Of a stretch of DNA of 64,000 bases, positions 57,902 to 64,000 are shown in pieces. A program made the translations under genes and the position numbers. Position 1 is the stretch's first letter. Every line of letters starts with the position of its first letter. Below the pieces are notes generated by a model. That model did not search any database. It was not told the DNA's origin and saw nothing but the letters and a program-made list of their open reading frames with translations. The stretch is taken from NCBI GenBank assembly GCA_946965045.2, contig OX337232.1, positions 1 through 64,000 on the forward strand, read 5' to 3'. This DNA comes from Epithemia pelagica. Its lineage: Eukaryota; Protista; Bacillariophyta.

Positions 57902-59165
57902 CTAAGTATCATATGTAACCATTCCAAGAGCTGACGTGGTGGTCCTCAAATTATCATAGGGCACGATCGAACTGTTTGTCTGTAACAAGTCCTTAAAAAT
58001 AATTACGACAACTTTATTCATTGAAAGCTGCACTACCCCCTGCTACCATTGAATAGAGTATGAAGACATCGACAACAAAACGAAAGGACGGTGGCCGTTT
58101 TTTCGCCTTGTTGTTGTTTCTTTGTGCTGTGGCAATTCCAACAAACCGACTTTTGTAACGTTCACGACCATCACAATATGGTTTTCTGTTTTGAGAGTAA
58201 GTACCGCAGAGTCTTATGCGCTGGTATTGCTTTCTGCAGACGCAAATGCATAGCTTGGGCAAACTGCCAGACGTTTTTCGGTCACAAATAATAATTGTGT
58301 GTGTACACCAACAACCGCGTTTTGGGGGGACACCAACAACCGCGCTTTGGGGGGGGGTCAGAAATAACACTTGTATATGTACACCAACAACATGTTGTCG
58401 GAGGCGGCGTGCCTTCGTTTTGTAGTACTTCGGCACGAGGTCGTTTCAGCGTCGTATTGGTAGTAGGACGGAGAGAAAGAAGCGTTCGAAAAGCTCCTGT
58501 GCCTTGACATGGATCTCGGGGTATTTTTCAAACGAAAACAAAGGGTACAATCGTAGAGTACTCTTGGTTGGAGGAGAACCAACCGCCTCTACGAAAAGAA
58601 GGACAACTACATTTCCCTCTGCCATAAATGAAACAAGGAGGACACAAACAACAACTCTAAGGAGAGATTCTGTGTCTCTCATGCTGTAGAGTTTGCAAGA
58701 GTCTTCATATAGTAATAGAAAGTAAGAACGGCGTTGTTCGACAATGGTGGATTGAAACGATGATTGCGCCGAGTTCGGTTGTGTTTCTGAAAACATGAGG
58801 ATGCATTGCTCTGGTGTTATTTCCCGTCTCTCTGATAACGGTTTTTGTTTATGGGCACTTGTACAATACCAGAAGGAACTCGCCCGTTGACACGCCAGCC
58901 GATCCTATGCTTGCTTGCAGATCGATCCATCCGATTCACGCAGTCGGTCGCAGCTAGGTGAGAAGCGAGGGTCTGCTCTTCGACCGTGGGGAATGAGAAT
59001 GAGAGAAACTGACAGATGGAATCCCGCGGCCCACGCAGCGTGGACTCAGATTTTGAGGCGAACTCCGACACCAAAGGAGCACAGGTGCAACAACACACAG
59101 TACAACAGTTCTGAGGTTATTCCGCCATACACTGATGTCCCAACGTGACAGGACGACAGGAGAAA

Positions 59166-59839
59166 ATGACGGAACCCGTGGTTCATGACGGATGCAAAAA
59201 GTACAACGTAGAAAAGTCCTTGTTGGATCGCTTTTCAAGCACACAACTCGCTCGGTTGGCAGCGTGTTCCTCCTCGTATCCTCCGAGCTTTTCTATTGAC
59301 ATTGACGAGGACCGCTTCCAATACATTTTGGATTACATGCGACATGGTAAAGTGGTTCTTCCCTACGACAGTTCTGCCGCAACCAAGGAGGAGACGTTGT
59401 TGACCGAGTTTGGATGGTATGGATTTGATAATGCGAACAATGCTTTGTCCAATGCCATTCAAGTCGCTCTTTTTCCTGAAATCCAGCCTGTTGCGTCCGC
59501 TGTTGATTCAGTGGAATATATGTACTCGTTTGAGCAAACCTGTGAAAAGCGAATCAAGGCGATGGATCAAGAAATAGATGACTTGCAATACAAACAAAAT
59601 TGTATGGACCTGGCAGTCTTCCTGTTTCGGGAATACCAGAAAACCAAGAAGCGAGAGCTCATCATTCAGGAACGTCCGTCGAGCCGAAAATCTTCTCCAC
59701 CATTTCCACGATTTCACGTCCACCAGAAGTCGCGTTGAATACGTATCATGAAGATTGTTTGGCGTTCTTCGGCCTGACGTACAAAGCAATCAAATCGGTC
59801 TTTGGTCCCAGCCGCCATTTCGTTATTACTGTGGAATAA
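59166..59839 (+). pseudogene. BTB/POZ protein B5 with frameshift near 59690-59735
   Basis: KYNVEKSLLDRFSSTQLA..DEDRFQYILDYMRHGK; the conserved YHEDCLAFFGLTYK tail is in another frame (ORF 59600..59839). Confidence 0.7.
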
Positions 59840-60164
59840 GCTAGCATGTAAACTCTTTTGAATGGAGAGATTCATAAAGTTTAGAAATAAACTGGTACTC
59901 TGGGTCGTTGAGTAGCCCCGTGCTGTGTGGTTGTCATAGTAGTAGTTGCTCGTTGATAACAAATAGTGTCGTTGGCGTAGCGGATCGTCGTGCTTCGAGG
60001 AGAGAAAGTTTCCGTACGTCTTCTTTTGACCTGAACCAAAGAATATTACGTGGAGGTTCACGCCAGTCAGGTTTTTGCGTCAGCCCCCGCAACACGGATT
60101 TTCGAGAAAGTCGTTATCTCACACGCCTTGTCCTTTTCTTCCACAAAGCAAGAGACAACGTAGT

Positions 60165-61508
60165 ATGATGAGGTTTGCGAAATTGTTTGTTTCCTTTCTA
60201 GTCGGTCCAAAACGTTCCCAAGTAGAACCGTCTAGGTTGGATCACCTTCTGGAAATCCAGCGCTGCAAACGAATGGGTGGCCCGTGGTTTCCTTCTCCAA
60301 GGATGAGTTCCATGGACGACGACCGCATTGGGTATGTTTTTGATTTTTTGCGCCATGGTAAAGTGAAGCTCCCCCTCGACAGTACTGTCACCAAGGAAAC
60401 TTTGATCAGCGAGTTGGAATTCTATGGATTGGACCACAATACTACCGATATCGTGTTGTCGAATGCCATTGAGGTCTCGTCCTCCCTTCGTCTCTCCTCT
60501 CCTCCTCCTGAGCTAGACGCCGTCGAAGCGATCGAGTATATCGATTGGTTCGAACAAGCCTATGAAGAGCATATCCAGAACCTCAACCAGGAACTGTATC
60601 CTTTTAAGTACAAACGCGATTGTACAACATTGGCTCTGTATATCTTTCGAAAATACAAGAAAACGAGTGAATGGAAAATGGTGTTGGACAAGGATGACGA
60701 CAAGGAAGCATTTGCGATTCTCTCAAATGTAGTAAGCAATCGACCTCCAGATTTGGAGAAGTTTCATCACGACTGTTTGGCACACTTCGGCTTGGCCTAC
60801 AAATTTATTGAAAACCAATCCAGTCGCTACCCGAGCAAGTTTATCATAACATTGAAGACAGCCCCTGGAAAGGACAAAGGGAGAAAGCGCTGGCAGGTGC
60901 CTGCAGGACGAATGGATCCCTCTTGGTTTCCTTCTCCAAGGAGTTCCAAGGAAGACGACCGCATTGAGTATATTTTTGATTTGTTGCGGCATGGTAAAGT
61001 CGAGCTCCCCCACGACAGTACCGTGACCAAGGAAACTTTGTTGAAAGAGTTGGAATTCTATGGATTGAACGAGAAAACAACCGATATCGTGTTGTCAAAT
61101 GCCATTGAGGTCTCGTCCTCTCGTCCCTCCTCTCCTTCTCCTCAGGTATCCGCCGTCGGCGCACTCAAAGATATCCATTCGTCGGAACAAGTCTATGAAG
61201 AGCATATCAAGAAACTCAACCATGAACTGTATCCTATTCAATATAGACGTGATTGTACAAAACTGGCTCTCTATATCTTTCGGGAATTCAAGAAAAACCC
61301 CAACAACTGGAAGATCCATGTGAGCAAAGAATGGAGCTCCGAGAAAGAAGCATACGTGACTGTTTCCAAGATTGTCAACAATCGACCTCAAGGTTTGGAG
61401 ACGTTTCATCAAGACAGTTTGGCACACTTTGGCTTGGCGTATAAATTGATTGAAAATCGCACCGGTAGGTACGGGGCCGCGTTTACGATCACACTGACAA
61501 AAGCTTGA
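60165..61508 (+). CDS. Tandem double BTB-family protein B6
   Basis: Two copies of [BTB + C-terminal domain]; the second begins at AGRMDPSWFPSP. Confidence 0.8.
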   Translation: MMRFAKLFVSFLVGPKRSQVEPSRLDHLLEIQRCKRMGGPWFPSPRMSSMDDDRIGYVFDFLRHGKVKLPLDSTVTKETLISELEFYGLDHNTTDIVLSNAIEVSSSLRLSSPPPELDAVEAIEYIDWFEQAYEEHIQNLNQELYPFKYKRDCTTLALYIFRKYKKTSEWKMVLDKDDDKEAFAILSNVVSNRPPDLEKFHHDCLAHFGLAYKFIENQSSRYPSKFIITLKTAPGKDKGRKRWQVPAGRMDPSWFPSPRSSKEDDRIEYIFDLLRHGKVELPHDSTVTKETLLKELEFYGLNEKTTDIVLSNAIEVSSSRPSSPSPQVSAVGALKDIHSSEQVYEEHIKKLNHELYPIQYRRDCTKLALYIFREFKKNPNNWKIHVSKEWSSEKEAYVTVSKIVNNRPQGLETFHQDSLAHFGLAYKLIENRTGRYGAAFTITLTKA

Positions 61509-62337
61509 AAGACAAACGGAGAGATTGCAATGAATAAGGAACACGTCACCATTCCAAGAGGAGTTTACGTGTTCCTCCTCCAAGTCTGTGAGGACTCACT
61601 AAAGCACTGTTGGATTACTACTAAGGTGAACTCTATTTGTGCTGTCAAAGCCTAACGATATCCGCTGCTCCCCCATGGAATCGGGTACAATAGGACACCA
61701 GCTTGGCGCCTTTGGGCGGAGGGATTAAGAAACCACCGACCTATAGACGGCAATCGGGCGGCCCCCGTTTCATCATCCTACTAGATGGACGACACTACCA
61801 TGTTTTTACTGCTTTTGGTTGGTGTTCTGTTTGATGCTAGTCCACTAGAGTTCGTATTAGCAGTAACATATATAGGTAGTAGAAGAGCCTCATCTTCGTC
61901 CTTCTGGTGTTGGTTGGTGTCGGTCGACCGAAGGCCAGAATGTAGGGGTCGTCGTCGTCGTCGTCGTTCTTCCACAAACACCATTGGTCGAGTGGTCGGG
62001 CTTATCCCGATAACCCAACCACACACCAGTGGTGGTACCAATGCCGTCCGGTATTCAAGGAGGAAGATGATCGCCCTCGTTTGGTCTCGAACATTATTTG
62101 TGCGACTACCCGCCCGCGCCAGTCAGATTTTGACGTGAACGCTAGCGAAGGAGCCAGTAGTAGAAATCACACGACTCATAAGTCGTGACTCGCCGCCCGC
62201 GTGTGCATCAGTCAAGTTTTTATGTGAACATTCCTCAACGAAGGACGCCACCATACAGCCCAATCGAACCACGAGAAAGAGCGGAATCGCAATCGCCTTG
62301 TCCTTTTCCTCAGCAAAGCAACAGACAACGTATTAGT

Positions 62338-63717
62338 ATGAGGTTTGCGAAACTGTTTGTCTCCTTTCTACTCGGTCCAAAACATTCTCAGGAACAATCC
62401 TCCAGGTTGGATCACCTTTTGGAAATCCAACGCTCTCCGCTGGGGCTTGCTACCGGACGAATGGATCGCCCGTGGTTTCCTTCTCCAAGGATGAGTTCCA
62501 TGGATGACGACCGCATTGAGTATATTTTTGATTTGTTGCGGGATGGCAAAGTGAAGCTCCCCCACGACAGCACCGTCACCAAGGACACTTTGCTGAAAGA
62601 GTTGAAATTTTATGGATTGGATCAGAATACAACCGATATCGTATTGTCGAATGCCATTGAGGTTTCCTCTCGTCCGTCTCCTCCTCCTGAGGTTTACGCC
62701 GTAGCAGCGGTCGATTATCTCTATTCGTTGGAACAAGCCTGTGAGAAGCGTATCAAGGAACTAGACAAGGAACTGTACCCTTTTGAATACAAGCGCAATT
62801 GTACAACATTGGCTCTCCATATCTTTCGGGAATTCAAGAAAACGAATACATGGAAGATTCACGTGGACAAGTATGACGACAAGGAATCATTTGCGATTCT
62901 AAAAAATGTAGTAAGCCATCGACCTCCAGGTTTGGAGAAGTTTCATCAGGACTGTTTGGCACACTTCGGCTTGGCGTACAAATTTATTCAAATCCAGTCT
63001 AGCAGCTGGTGGAGGTGGAGGAATGAGTTTCTTATAACATTGAAGAAAGTTCGTGGAGAAGACAAAGGGAGATGGGAACGCTCCGGGCTGGCTGCTGGAC
63101 GAATGGACCCCCCTTGGTTTTCTTCTCCAAAGAGTTCCAAGGATGACGACCGCATTCAGTATATTTTTGAGTTTCTGCGGCATGGTAAAGTCGAGCTCCC
63201 GCACGACAGTACTGTGACCAAGGAAACTTTGTTAAAAGAGTTGGAATTCTATGGACTAGAAAAGAATACCACCGATATCATGTTGTCGAAGGCCATTCAG
63301 GTCTCGTCCTCTCGTTCCTCCTCTCCTCCTCCAGAAGTATCCACCGTCGACGCACTCGATTACCTCGATTCGTTGGAACAAGCTTGTGAAGAGGATATCG
63401 AGAAACTCAAGGAGGAACTGTACCCTTTTGAATACAAGCGCAATTGTACAAAACTGGCTCTCTATATCTTTCGGGAATTGAAGAAACACCCCAATAAGTG
63501 GAAGATCCATGTAAGCGATGAATATAGCCGCGATTGGCGTGAGAAGGAAGCATACGCGACCGTTTCCAAGGTTCGCAACAATCGACCTCAAGGTTTGGAG
63601 AAGTTTCATCAAGACAGTTTGGCACACTTTGGCTTAGCGTACAAATGTATTGAACATAAGCGCCTTCGTCAGTATTCGAGTGATTTCGAGTTTATAATCA
63701 CATTGGAAAAAGCTTGA
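62338..63717 (+). CDS. Tandem double BTB-family protein B7
   Basis: Same two-module layout as B6; first module closest to B4. Confidence 0.8.
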   Translation: MRFAKLFVSFLLGPKHSQEQSSRLDHLLEIQRSPLGLATGRMDRPWFPSPRMSSMDDDRIEYIFDLLRDGKVKLPHDSTVTKDTLLKELKFYGLDQNTTDIVLSNAIEVSSRPSPPPEVYAVAAVDYLYSLEQACEKRIKELDKELYPFEYKRNCTTLALHIFREFKKTNTWKIHVDKYDDKESFAILKNVVSHRPPGLEKFHQDCLAHFGLAYKFIQIQSSSWWRWRNEFLITLKKVRGEDKGRWERSGLAAGRMDPPWFSSPKSSKDDDRIQYIFEFLRHGKVELPHDSTVTKETLLKELEFYGLEKNTTDIMLSKAIQVSSSRSSSPPPEVSTVDALDYLDSLEQACEEDIEKLKEELYPFEYKRNCTKLALYIFRELKKHPNKWKIHVSDEYSRDWREKEAYATVSKVRNNRPQGLEKFHQDSLAHFGLAYKCIEHKRLRQYSSDFEFIITLEKA

Positions 63718-64000
63718 AAGACAACCGAAGAGACTTTTTAAACCATTCCAAGAGCTCCTCCAAGTCTCTAAGGACACGACATTGCATTTGTTTGTCTGTA
63801 GCAATTGCCAAAGACTTTGAATACTATTAACCCGGACTTTATTTTTATGTTAAGCTGAACTATACATTCGCGGTCCCCATGGAATCGGGTAGTAATAGGA
63901 ATGGCGCCTTTGGGCGGAGCAATGGAGAAACCACCAACCGACTCCTATCGACGCACGTGGACGGACCCTGGCTGTTTCACCATACTAGTAGACGGACGAC

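Overview
This window is the left end of a eukaryotic chromosome; coding style suggests a pennate diatom or other stramenopile (inference). It has four zones. (1) About 90 CCCTAA telomere repeats (1-542). (2) A 12.8-kb stack (543-13343) of 13 abutting one-ended fragments of a tyrosine-recombinase-like DNA element. Each fragment ends on the + strand in TTAG (mostly CCTTAG) and is joined to the next, more proximal fragment; 9 of 13 joints read TTAG|GG. The genes (four sequence families: two Zn-finger-like motifs, then a YR-like domain resembling the N-terminal half of fungal telomere-linked helicases) point toward the telomere and are 3'-truncated at the joints. The innermost fragment is an inverted 3' end encoding a Cys/His zinc-knuckle tail. 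(3) A decayed SOUL-like gene, an intact Crinkler-type NTPase+REase-like gene and long low-complexity ORFs. (4) Two adjacent expanded families: seven Kelch-only genes (four on +, three on -) and seven KCTD-type BTB genes with an unrecognised C-terminal domain, several pseudogenised. The best candidate for an undescribed system is the telomere-directed YR element stack. Protein family calls come from motif recognition by eye, not database searches.
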